In this document: positions 1-8,013 of the stretch, piece by piece
How the letters are laid out: the number at the start of each line of letters is the position of its first letter
Numbering within the stretch: the first letter of the stretch is position 1
DNA from: Vibrio vulnificus CMCP6
GTDB taxonomy: Bacteria > Pseudomonadota > Gammaproteobacteria > Enterobacterales > Vibrionaceae
DNA: 32,000 bases
Assembly (NCBI RefSeq): GCF_000039765.1
Contig: NC_004460.2
Coordinates: 1,530,001 to 1,562,000 of the forward strand
Direction of reading: 5' to 3'
Notes under the pieces: model-generated
What the model was told of the DNA's origin: nothing
The model's input: the letters and a program-made list of their open reading frames with translations, nothing else
The model's database searches: none
Program-made: the position numbers and the translations under genes

Positions 1-432
1 GTACTGAGTTTTGTTGCTGTCGGTCTGCGCCGCGCTTTCGCCTTGGCCCCAGTAATAACCGGGTGTATGACTCACCCAACCATCGATCAGTAAGCGAATG
101 CGATCGCCACAAAGATAGGTGCGATTTTCAACCCCTAACCCGTAAGAGCCTGAAGTCGAGGCATAGGAAGTCAGCGTTAAGGTGGAATAAGGGTCTACAG
201 ATCGCCAGCCCGTTGGCGTATACAATCCCACGGCCGCGATGCCGATACCGAGCCCTTGCTCTGGGTTGACAAAGGGGCCCGGTAACACGCCCCAATCGAT
301 CAGTTTGCTGGTATCGACGGTGTCGCTGGAACCCAGTTTCTCCAGTAGGTTATCTACCCAACTGCTTTGTGGTTTTGCAAAGGCACTGACACTGGTGAGA
401 GCCAGCAGAGCGCAATACCCAACTTTGCTCAT
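1..432 (-). CDS. Partial CDS (first 144 codons, continues past the window start): secreted or outer-membrane protein with a Sec signal peptide, possibly an Omp85/surface-antigen-like beta-barrel
   Basis: Absent from the ORF track because it has no stop in the window. Hand translation of the minus strand gives an ATG at 432-430 and an open frame to base 1 (no tta, cta or tca triplet in frame). The product starts MSKVGYCALLALTSVSAFA/KPQSS, a signal peptide with an AFA cleavage motif. Gly/Tyr/Thr-rich strand-like segments follow (GLGIGIAAVGLY, TLTSYASTSGSYGLGVENRTY). It starts 3 nt after the stop of 436..1284. The + strand track ORFs 63..269 and 239..439 overlap it and look spurious. Confidence 0.7.
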   Translation of the reverse strand, partial: MSKVGYCALLALTSVSAFAKPQSSWVDNLLEKLGSSDTVDTSKLIDWGVLPGPFVNPEQGLGIGIAAVGLYTPTGWRSVDPYSTLTLTSYASTSGSYGLGVENRTYLCGDRIRLLIDGWVSHTPGYYWGQGESAAQTDSNKTQY

Positions 433-435
433 GGG

Positions 436-1284
436 TTAGAATCTCCGATCGACTGAGAAGAACATGCTCTGGCGGTCACCAAAACCAAACTCACCGAGCA
501 GATACCAACTCTCATTGATTTGATACTGCATGCCCACAATGGGGTTCCATGGGGTTTGCAAGTGTTGCTGAACTTCGAAACGAGCATCACTGGGCAGCAG
601 TGAGGTTAAGGATGAGGGCAAGCCCAGATCGGAAAGCGAACCTTTGAGTGTTTGCTCAACATCTTGGTACATGGCGCCAGCCCAAATACGCAGCGGTGTC
701 CCGTGGCGATTGAAATCATAACCGACACGAGGAGAGACAACGATAGCGTCAATGGTACCGTCGATGACGGTCAAACGGCTTTGCGTGAAACTGGCGTCCA
801 CCAACGCAAACCAGTTTTCATATCCCCCGACTAACACAGCGCCAAAGCCAGTGGTGTAGCCATCCAGATCCAAGCGAAAGTCTTGGATTTTATGGGTGAT
901 AAACGGTCTGTTGGGGTTAAAGCCTGCGGTTAAGGTGACGTCTGTGGTCGAATAGCCATCTAGCTTACCCACCAAACCATACAAGTTAAGAAAGGGAAAC
1001 AGCCAAACGTCAGCCCGTAATGTCAGCACTTCGGTATATTGGCGTCCGGGTTCTGCATCCAAACCGATATCGAGATAGTTGAAGTCCAACCCTTGCAGAT
1101 CGATGGAATCGACATTAATACCTTGCTCCATCGTCATGTAACTCAAGTTAAAACCGATCGGTTTTGGCAAGGTGTAACCAAGCGCTTCTGCGTCTTCTTT
1201 CCAGATAGGCAGTGAAAAGGAGTCTGCTACGGTTGGGGTGGAGCAAGCAGCAAACAGTAAGGAGAGCAGAACGGCTTTTTTCAT
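436..1284 (-). CDS. Putative outer-membrane protein (signal peptide with lipobox-like LFAAC, C-terminal aromatic residue); family not recognised
   Basis: 282-aa ORF. The N-terminus is MKKAVLLSLLFAAC-STP and the C-terminus is ...FFSVDRRF, a terminal Phe typical of beta-barrel OMPs. Alternating hydrophobic/polar strands run throughout. It is translationally adjacent to the next secreted protein. Confidence 0.75.
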   Translation of the reverse strand: MKKAVLLSLLFAACSTPTVADSFSLPIWKEDAEALGYTLPKPIGFNLSYMTMEQGINVDSIDLQGLDFNYLDIGLDAEPGRQYTEVLTLRADVWLFPFLNLYGLVGKLDGYSTTDVTLTAGFNPNRPFITHKIQDFRLDLDGYTTGFGAVLVGGYENWFALVDASFTQSRLTVIDGTIDAIVVSPRVGYDFNRHGTPLRIWAGAMYQDVEQTLKGSLSDLGLPSSLTSLLPSDARFEVQQHLQTPWNPIVGMQYQINESWYLLGEFGFGDRQSMFFSVDRRF

Positions 1285-1434
1285 TCGTTAAACATCAATA
1301 AATAGAGCAAAACCGACATAAGTGGTTCAGCCATTGTTGTACATCGCCTTGGTTTAGGCACCTGTCAATGGTCTCTCATCCGTTGAACGCCATTTTGTGA
1401 CGATCATACACCTAATTTTTTACAAGTAAACTTG

Positions 1435-1446
1435 AAAGTATACTTT
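1435..1446. promoter_or_regulatory. Candidate TetR operator: perfect 12-bp palindrome AAAGTATACTTT, preceded by CAAGT-AA-ACTTG (1423-1434)
   Basis: Both dyads were read directly from the sequence. They lie in the 201-bp divergent region between the OMP operon (start 1284) and tetR (ATG 1486). A TATACT -10-like hexamer sits at 1461-1466. Binding is an inference. Confidence 0.35.
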
Positions 1447-1485
1447 TGTTATTTTTGCTCTATACTAAGCGGCAATGGAAAGAGG

Positions 1486-2091
1486 ATGGCTATGAAAGTT
1501 ACCGAGCAAAAACGGCTTGCCCTTATTGAGGCCGCCAAAGATGAATTTATAGAATTTGGTTTTAATGCCGCCAACATGGATCGTGTATGTGAAAAAGCAT
1601 CCACTTCAAAACGCACTCTTTATCGACACTTTGAAAGCAAAGAGTTGCTGTTCACTGCGGCCATTAATGCCATGGTGGAAAAGCAAAATGAGCACACCAC
1701 TTTTGTATATCAAGCTCATGTGGCGCTGGACTCGCAGCTCAAAGCGTACTTGCAGCGCAAAGTGACCTGTCTCTACAGTGAAGTGGGTTTGCCAGTGGTG
1801 CGTATGATCGTGGGTGAATTCATTCGAGAGCCCGAGCTGGCACAGCGATACCTAGCCTTGATGGGAGGCAAAGATGTAGAACTCAAACAATGGATAGAAA
1901 ATGCCATCAGTGACGGAAGACTCATCTCTGGCGATAGCCAACAAATCATGGCCACCTTGTTAAATTTGTTTCACGGTCAATTTTTATGGCCGCAATTGGT
2001 GGCGAACCTTTCGCAGCCTAATGAGCAAGAGCAACAGGCGCACATCAATGAAATTGTGCGTATCTTTTTACGCGCTTACGTAGCAGATTAG
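1486..2091 (+). CDS. TetR/AcrR family transcriptional regulator
   Basis: The N-terminal HTH signature is LIEAAKDEFIEFGFNAANMDRVCEKASTSKRTLYRHFESKELLF. The track ORF begins at a TTG (1432). The ATG at 1486 follows a GGAAAGAGG Shine-Dalgarno sequence and gives a 201-aa protein of typical TetR size. Confidence 0.9.
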   Translation: MAMKVTEQKRLALIEAAKDEFIEFGFNAANMDRVCEKASTSKRTLYRHFESKELLFTAAINAMVEKQNEHTTFVYQAHVALDSQLKAYLQRKVTCLYSEVGLPVVRMIVGEFIREPELAQRYLALMGGKDVELKQWIENAISDGRLISGDSQQIMATLLNLFHGQFLWPQLVANLSQPNEQEQQAHINEIVRIFLRAYVAD

Positions 2092-2102
2092 AGAGAGTAA
2101 TG

Positions 2103-2141
2103 GATAACCCGTTCTTCCTCTCCTTGGAAGTTCGGGTTATC
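2103..2141. terminator. Long imperfect hairpin between convergent genes (GATAACCCG-TT-CTTCC / GGAAG-TT-CGGGTTATC), no U-tract
   Basis: The 16-bp arms with a TT:TT internal mismatch and a 7-nt loop were read directly. The hairpin sits 12 nt after the tetR stop. Neither side has a T-run, so intrinsic-terminator function is uncertain. Confidence 0.4.
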
Positions 2142-2193
2142 GCTTCTACAGGTGAGAATAACTCAGAGCCTATCCTGCAGAAGCTATTCGGGC

Positions 2194-2508
2194 TTAAAAG
2201 TTATGCTGAGCAAGCTCGGAAGGAAGACCCACATTAGAATGAGGCAGAACGATTTTGCGTGATTCGAAGCGAACCTGCTCTCGATCAAACCAGAACTCGA
2301 TGCAGTCTGCGGCGTGCAAAACTAACGTGTAACGGGTCTCTTGTCTGAGATACATTCCACCGATTTCGAAATCTTCATATTTAATATTCAGCCCCAGAAC
2401 TTGATGGCTGTGTACCCCGTCGTTATAAAAAATCTGGTCACGAGTAAAGTTCGCTTCTTTAAGAAGCGCTAAAGCGATATTGAGTGAATCTGAAGTAATA
2501 GTAATCAT
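2194..2508 (-). CDS. Hypothetical protein (about 104 aa from ATG 2508; the track shows a 156-aa version from TTG 2664)
   Basis: The ORF reads MITITSDSLNIALALLKEANFTRDQIFYNDGVHSHQVLGLNIKYEDFEIGGMY... I recognise no family. Neither start has a Shine-Dalgarno sequence directly upstream, so the start is uncertain (see the uORF finding). Confidence 0.55.
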   Translation of the reverse strand: MITITSDSLNIALALLKEANFTRDQIFYNDGVHSHQVLGLNIKYEDFEIGGMYLRQETRYTLVLHAADCIEFWFDREQVRFESRKIVLPHSNVGLPSELAQHNF

Positions 2509-2897
2509 AGTATTTGTTGTGTTGTACCCATTTGACGATACTCTTCCTAGCAGTAACGCAAGGCGTATGTGTGAGAAATCACCACGACCAAAATATTGAT
2601 GGTTCGTATGTGCAGCCAAATTGTTGGGTAAGCAATATAAAAGTTGCCAAGAAAAAGAATCCAATCTGTGCCAATTGCTCAGATCGATGCGTTAAGACAT
2701 TGTTAACGCAAATTATTTTTATCTATGCTTGGTTGTCGTTCGGTGGGCAGTGTAGTGAAATAATTAATTCATGCAATCTATGAGTCTGTGAGTGGATGTG
2801 ACTTTTTATTGATTAAGTTGTTGATTAATAGAGATAAAAGGTTGTATGTAATGAATTGTAATGGATTAGAGTAGATACTCTCGAAAAGAGGTGAGAA

Positions 2898-3800
2898 ATG
2901 GACAGATTAGAGGCTCTTAGAGCCTTTGTGGCTATTGCAGAACAAGGCAGTTTGTCTGGCGCCGCGAACGTGCTTGAAATCGAGAGAACCAAGGTATCAC
3001 GCTATCTTAGTGAGTTGGAAGAGTGGGTTGGGAGCCGTTTGCTTCACCGCACCACCCGCAAACAAAGTCTCACGGATGCCGGAGAGCAAACACTCGCCTT
3101 AGCCTATCAAATGCTGTCCCTTTCTAATGAAGTGAGTGCGATACGAGATAGGCAAAACAATACGCTTTCTGGCAAGCTTCGTATTGCTTCGGCCTATTCT
3201 TTGATTGAGCATTTCTTGTTGCAAGCCGTGGAAGCGTTTTGCGATCAATGGCCAGAGGTACAGATCGAACTGCTGGTGGCCGACAGCAGTACCCATTTAA
3301 TTGAAGAAGGGGTGGATCTGGCGGTGCGAATTACCAATGATTTGGCCCCTGGACTTATTGCAAGGCAAATGGGTGTGTGTCGCAGTGCCCTTGTTGCCAC
3401 ACCTGCGTATCTTGAACAGTTTGGTCATCCTCAGCAGCCCAGCGATTTGCCAGCACATCGTTGTTTAAGCTTCAGTTACTTTGGCAAAAACCGTTGGTAT
3501 TTAACCCGAGATAACCGCAGAGAAAGTATCGATATTCAAGGCCCTATCACCGCCAATATTTCTACGATCGTGTTATCGGCAACACTGCATGGAAGTGGTA
3601 TCAGCCAGCAGCCCTATGCTGCGGTGGCGCCACATCTTGCACAAGGTCGTCTATTGCCCGTCTTGCCGGATTGGCAACCTGATGAACTAGGGGTTTACCT
3701 CGTCTATTCAAGCCGTAAGCAGATCACGCCGTTACATCGGCAGTTTATTGATTTCATTTGTCAGCGAATGGCAAGCGATCCGCTGTGGCAGGCGTTATAA
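2898..3800 (+). CDS. LysR family transcriptional regulator
   Basis: The N-terminal wHTH is MDRLEALRAFVAIAEQGSLSGAANVLEIERTKVSRYLSELEEWVG, followed by a C-terminal LysR substrate-binding region. The Shine-Dalgarno sequence AAGAGGTGAG precedes the ATG. Confidence 0.92.
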   Translation: MDRLEALRAFVAIAEQGSLSGAANVLEIERTKVSRYLSELEEWVGSRLLHRTTRKQSLTDAGEQTLALAYQMLSLSNEVSAIRDRQNNTLSGKLRIASAYSLIEHFLLQAVEAFCDQWPEVQIELLVADSSTHLIEEGVDLAVRITNDLAPGLIARQMGVCRSALVATPAYLEQFGHPQQPSDLPAHRCLSFSYFGKNRWYLTRDNRRESIDIQGPITANISTIVLSATLHGSGISQQPYAAVAPHLAQGRLLPVLPDWQPDELGVYLVYSSRKQITPLHRQFIDFICQRMASDPLWQAL

Positions 3801-3932
3801 ACGATAAACGGTGAGTGTGAACTATTAGTGCATAATTCGCACTAGTGATGTGTGTATGTGTGGCTATTTCGCGCAAATAAAACGAAATACATTAGAGCCC
3901 GTTGATAACAGATAACTCAAAGGGCCAACTCT

Positions 3933-4778
3933 ATGAAGAAAATACTTGCCGTTGCGGTACTCGCAACCCTGAGCCAGCCAGCATTGGCTGCACTGAAACT
4001 GACCACTTATAACCCACAAGAAAAGGCCATTTTTCCGGTCAGCTCGACGCTGATTTCGGGGAAAAAAGAAGCCATTTTGTTCGATGCACAATTCAGTACT
4101 ACCGAAGGTAAAGCGCTGGTGGAGTTGATTCGTCAATCGGGCAAAGAACTCACCACGGTGTACATTACTGGCGGCGATCCAGATTTCTATTTTGGTCTTC
4201 AGCCGATCGTGGAAGCCTTTCCTCAAGTAAAGATTAAAGCGACGGCAACCATCGTTGATCACATCAATCACACAAAAGATCAAAAGATCGGTTACTGGGG
4301 GCCAATTCTTGGCGAAGGTGCGCCAAGCCAGCTTTATGTGCCAGAGGTCTACAACGGCGACATCTTGCTTGAAGGTGAGAAGATTGAGCTAAAAGAAGCG
4401 GGTACGCACAACGCGTATTACTGGATCCCGTCTCTTAAAACCGCGCTGGGTGGAGTGTCCACTTACAGTGGTATTCATGTTTGGATGGCTGATAGCCAAA
4501 CCAAAGAGGAACGTCTTGAGTGGGTTGCATCACTCGATCGTATGAAGCAATTGAAGCCAAAGCGTGTGATCCCAGGCCATTACTTAGGGCAAGTTCCCCC
4601 TCGTGTAGAGGCGGTTGATTTCACGAAACAGTATGTGATGGATTGGCAGCGCTATGTAGAGCAATCAAGCAACTCGACGCAATTGATTGAAAAGATCACG
4701 GCGCAATACCCACTACTGACGGCAGATGAAGGCGTCACCATTGGGGCGAAGGTGAGTATGGGTGAAATGAAGTGGTAA
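3933..4778 (+). CDS. Secreted MBL-fold (metallo-beta-lactamase superfamily) protein with a degenerate motif 2
   Basis: The signal peptide is MKKILAVAVLATLSQPALA/A. The layout is MBL-like: ...EAILFDAQFS..GKALVELIRQSGKELTTVYITGGDPDFYFG... followed by GTHNAYYW, GIHVWMAD and VIPGHY. TGGDPD stands where HxHxDH is expected. Confidence 0.75.
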   Translation: MKKILAVAVLATLSQPALAALKLTTYNPQEKAIFPVSSTLISGKKEAILFDAQFSTTEGKALVELIRQSGKELTTVYITGGDPDFYFGLQPIVEAFPQVKIKATATIVDHINHTKDQKIGYWGPILGEGAPSQLYVPEVYNGDILLEGEKIELKEAGTHNAYYWIPSLKTALGGVSTYSGIHVWMADSQTKEERLEWVASLDRMKQLKPKRVIPGHYLGQVPPRVEAVDFTKQYVMDWQRYVEQSSNSTQLIEKITAQYPLLTADEGVTIGAKVSMGEMKW

Positions 4779-4817
4779 CTGCTCACCAAAACCCAAAGTA
4801 AGATTGGGCTAGACAGC

Positions 4818-4845
4818 AAAAGGCAGAACCTGAGTTCTGCCTTTT
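4818..4845. terminator. Bidirectional rho-independent terminator between the MBL gene and nfsA
   Basis: A perfect 12-bp stem AAAAGGCAGAAC / GTTCTGCCTTTT encloses the loop CTGA. The trailing sequence is T-rich on both strands. Confidence 0.75.
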
Positions 4846-4876
4846 CGTCGTTAAGATATGTCACTGCGGTGAGGCG

Positions 4877-5599
4877 TTACTTTGTCGCCAAGCCTTTGCT
4901 GTGTAAATAAGGCAAGATGTGAGGGCGAGATTCCCCAGCCAGCTTACCCGTTACTTGTTCAGACCAACTGGCCTGTTTTTGGTTTGATGAACGCTTGCCA
5001 TAGTATTCGAGCATGGTTTGATCGTATTGCTCTACTTTACTGAGATCGAGCGGCTGATAGTGGTTCTCGTGGAGAATGACCTCCGCGGGCAGCCGTGGTT
5101 TCAGTTCAGGGTCTTGGTCAGGATGGCCTAAGCACATACCAAACAAGACGGCACTGAACGGAGGTAGTTCGAGAAGCGCATCCACCTCGGTGGCTTTGTT
5201 TCTCAGCCCACCGATGTAAACGCCGCCTAACCCCATTGACTCTGCGGCCAATAAGCAGTTTTGCGCCATGATGCCGGCATCCACCGCACCGATCAATGTC
5301 AGCTCGGTAAAGCCCGCTTGTACTTCTGAGTTGAGGGTGGCATGGCGTTGATAATCAATGCAAAACACGAGGAATTCGGCTGCCGTTTCGACATAGTGTT
5401 GTGGCCCAGCGAGCTCGGCAAGCTGCTGACGTTTGGCTGGATCGGTAATGCGAATGATTGAGACCACTTGCAGCAAACTGGAAGACGAAGCGGCGAGTCC
5501 CGCTTGAATGATGGTGTCGAGTTGCTCTGGCGTTATCGCTTGGTCGGTAAATTTGCGAATAGAACGGTGGGAAAGCAGAGTGTCAATAACAGCGTTCAT
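4877..5599 (-). CDS. nfsA: Oxygen-insensitive NADPH nitroreductase / flavin reductase P (NfsA/Frp)
   Basis: The 240-aa product resembles the NfsA/Frp family along its whole length (HRSIRKFT..., GLAASSSSLLQVVSIIRI, EFLVFCIDYQRHA, GLGGVYIGGLRN, GESRPHILPYL). The Shine-Dalgarno sequence AAGGAT precedes the ATG. Confidence 0.93.
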   Translation of the reverse strand: MNAVIDTLLSHRSIRKFTDQAITPEQLDTIIQAGLAASSSSLLQVVSIIRITDPAKRQQLAELAGPQHYVETAAEFLVFCIDYQRHATLNSEVQAGFTELTLIGAVDAGIMAQNCLLAAESMGLGGVYIGGLRNKATEVDALLELPPFSAVLFGMCLGHPDQDPELKPRLPAEVILHENHYQPLDLSKVEQYDQTMLEYYGKRSSNQKQASWSEQVTGKLAGESRPHILPYLHSKGLATK

Positions 5600-5761
5600 A
5601 GCTCAATCCTTAGCAGAAAATGTGCACAAACTTTATCCGCTCTGATGAAAAATGTCGAATCTCTTGTTATTAGCCCTATTAATCGTAATGACAAATAATT
5701 GGAATGGTCAATTACTGGCAGAAGAATAGACTGCCGTTTTCTTTTTTTGGTTGCGATTGCC

Positions 5762-6892
5762 ATGTCCTGTCCTTATTTTGAGCAAAAGAGCTGCACTTCT
5801 TGCACACACATGAATACCCCTTACTCTCAGCAGCTTGAAACTAAAGACAACGCGTTGCGTAGCTTGTTTTCTGATGTTGAACAAAGTGCGTGGTTGGCTC
5901 CGGTTCAAAGTGACTCAATGCATTGCCGCAACAAAGCGAAAATGGTCGCGCTTGGTGCCGCGCATCAACCCACGTTGGGGATCGAAAGTGTCCAAGACGG
6001 CACGCCCATCTCCTTAGTCCATTGCCCGCTCTATACCCAAGAAAGCCAAGAATTGCTTGCCTATCTGCAAGAATGGATCCGCACATCAGGTATTCCACCG
6101 TACAACAAAGTGAAGAAAAAAGGTGAGCTTAAGTTTGTTCTGCTGACTCGCAGTCAGGCTCGTGGCGAGTTCATGTTGCGTTTTGTGGTGAGAAGTGAGG
6201 CCGCACTTGAACGCATTCGCCACAACTTGCCGAGGTTGCAACAGGCGTTTCCTGCTGTTCGCGTCATCAGCGCGAACATTCAGCCGATCCACATGGCTCG
6301 CTTGGAAGGGGAGCAAGAGATCTTTCTCACCGATGCGCATTACTTGTTGGAAGAATTTAACGGTGTGCCGATGGTGGTGAGACCAAAAAGCTTTTTCCAA
6401 ACCAATCCGCATGTGGCGGCCCAGCTTTACGCCACTGCGCGCAATTGGGTAGCCGAGCTCAAACCACGCCAAATGTGGGATCTTTTCTGCGGCGTTGGTG
6501 GCTTTGCACTTCACTGCGCACCGCACGCAGAGCAAGTGATCGGCATCGAAATTGAAGAAGAAGCGATCAACAGTGCGAAGCTGTCCGCTCAACAACTTGG
6601 CATTGATAACTTACGTTTTTCGGCTTTGGATTCGGCGGCGTACTCTCAAGCGCAAACGCAAGCCGCGGATCTTATTTTGGTTAACCCACCACGTCGTGGC
6701 TTGGGGCAAGCGCTGAGTGAACAGTTGGAGCAACTTGCGTCACAGTATTTGATTTACTCCAGTTGCAACCCAGTGACAATGCAGCAAGATCTGGCGCATC
6801 TGCCTAGCTACCGAGTCGAACGTGCTCAGTGGTTCGATATGTTCCCGCATACTGATCACGCTGAAGTGATGATGCTGTTGGTGCGCCAATAA
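5762..6892 (+). CDS. rlmC: 23S rRNA (uracil747-C5)-methyltransferase RlmC
   Basis: The product is colinear with E. coli RlmC as I recall it. Shared elements are the N-terminal Cys cluster ([14 protein letters not shown]), [37 protein letters not shown] and FDMFPHT.H.EV. The track start at 5699 is an upstream extension, and the ATG at 5762 matches the homolog N-terminus. Confidence 0.93.
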   Translation: MSCPYFEQKSCTSCTHMNTPYSQQLETKDNALRSLFSDVEQSAWLAPVQSDSMHCRNKAKMVALGAAHQPTLGIESVQDGTPISLVHCPLYTQESQELLAYLQEWIRTSGIPPYNKVKKKGELKFVLLTRSQARGEFMLRFVVRSEAALERIRHNLPRLQQAFPAVRVISANIQPIHMARLEGEQEIFLTDAHYLLEEFNGVPMVVRPKSFFQTNPHVAAQLYATARNWVAELKPRQMWDLFCGVGGFALHCAPHAEQVIGIEIEEEAINSAKLSAQQLGIDNLRFSALDSAAYSQAQTQAADLILVNPPRRGLGQALSEQLEQLASQYLIYSSCNPVTMQQDLAHLPSYRVERAQWFDMFPHTDHAEVMMLLVRQ

Positions 6893-6932
6893 GCGATTAG
6901 CCTTAACTGAGTTCAGCTTACCTAAGTTCAGC

Positions 6933-7775
6933 TTACTTAAGTTGCGTTGTTTGTGGTGCATCACCAGTAATGGTGACGCGGTGCAAGCGACGTGGCTGGT
7001 CGCCATAATCGGTCACGGCAAAGTGTTGTGTCGCGCGGTTATCCCAAATGGCCAAAGAGTTTGCTTGCCATTGGAATCGGACTTGAAATTTCGCTTCTCG
7101 AGCCATGGCAAAAAGCATTTCTAACAGCGCTTGGCTTTGCGCTTTCTCTAACCCGTCTATACAACGGGTAAACTGCTCATTAATGTACAGTGTCTCTTGT
7201 CCAGTTTCCAGATGCTGCGCTACCACAGGGTGATGCACTGCTGGAAACTCGCGCGATTTCTTCACCACGTAGCTTTCTCCATCTTCATCCTTGTTGTCAT
7301 AACGGCTGTTTTCAAAAGCGTGTAAAGCATGGGTAGCATACAGCGGTCTCAACTGCTGCTTTAATGAATCATCAAGCGATCGCCAAACCGCTTCCATATC
7401 GGTCCAAATCGTATCGCCTCCAGAAGGTGGGCAGTGCTGAGCGTGAAGCAGCGCGCATTTTGAGGGGCGCGCTTTCCAAGTGAGATCGGTGTGCCAGTAG
7501 CTCTCCCCAGGTGGCAGTCCTTCTCGAGTTTCAATCACCACCACTTGCGGGGCGTCAGCCAAATGAGGAAAGAAAGGGTGGATCGGTTCCAGCTCACCAA
7601 AGCGTTGCCCAAGTGCCAAATGCTGTTCTGCCGTCAGCAACTGATCGCGAAAGAACAGCACTTTGTAATGTAAGAACGCTTGGTACAACGCCTCAAATTG
7701 TCGCTCGTTGATGGCACTGAGTTGAACGTCTTCAACTAAGGCGCCAAACGATGTCGCTAAAGGGGTTATTTTCAT
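6933..7775 (-). CDS. TauD/TfdA family Fe(II)/2-oxoglutarate dioxygenase (taurine dioxygenase-like)
   Basis: Motifs seen are MKITPL...G, WHTDLTW (the HxD iron ligands), GGDT.W and WDNRATQH..TDY. The start MKITPL aligns with E. coli TauD LSITPL. The GTG at 7799 is an alternative start. No tauABC genes are adjacent. Confidence 0.88.
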   Translation of the reverse strand: MKITPLATSFGALVEDVQLSAINERQFEALYQAFLHYKVLFFRDQLLTAEQHLALGQRFGELEPIHPFFPHLADAPQVVVIETREGLPPGESYWHTDLTWKARPSKCALLHAQHCPPSGGDTIWTDMEAVWRSLDDSLKQQLRPLYATHALHAFENSRYDNKDEDGESYVVKKSREFPAVHHPVVAQHLETGQETLYINEQFTRCIDGLEKAQSQALLEMLFAMAREAKFQVRFQWQANSLAIWDNRATQHFAVTDYGDQPRRLHRVTITGDAPQTTQLK

Positions 7776-8013
7776 GGTTTCTCGCTCAATTTTGTTCACT
7801 GGCTTTAGGGAGTGAACATCAGACCGTTTTGGGCTCCATTTTCATTCATAGTCCTCATTTTTGGCAGTCAATATCGCGACAAACGTGCGTCAGATCATTG
7901 GTTCGGTTTCTAGTACTTTGGTTGAGTATTTGTTCAACTAATATTTGAGGTGAAAGTATCAAGGCGTTCACTTGCAGTATGGCCGGACTGACAGCAACCG
8001 AACGAGGCACATT

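Noticed and set aside
63-439. Two + strand track ORFs (63..269 and 239..439) at the window start
   Set aside because: They overlap a minus-strand frame that is open across the entire 432 nt and encodes a signal peptide and OMP-like sequence. The + strand products are Arg/Ser/Pro-rich.
2812-2829. Dyad ATTAA-N8-TTAAT about 70 bp upstream of lysR, considered as a LysR T-N11-A box
   Set aside because: The spacing does not give a canonical T-N11-A arrangement, and such AT-only dyads are frequent in this AT-rich intergenic region. It is too weak to call.
5699-5761. N-terminal extensions in the track from non-ATG or unsupported starts (5699 rlmC, 1432 tetR, 7972 luxR-type, 8887 lipoprotein, 26888 yccF, 28975 sulfatase, 30605 eptA, 26197 amylase)
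   Set aside because: In each case a downstream start either follows a clear Shine-Dalgarno sequence, restores a proper signal peptide or lipobox, or matches the N-terminus of the E. coli homolog as I recall it.
6086-6595. 169-aa antisense ORF inside rlmC, together with 11899..12456 (185 aa) inside the lipoprotein gene and 3864..4283 (139 aa) opposite the MBL gene
   Set aside because: All three are nested opposite well-supported genes. They lack Shine-Dalgarno sequences and give no recognisable motifs.
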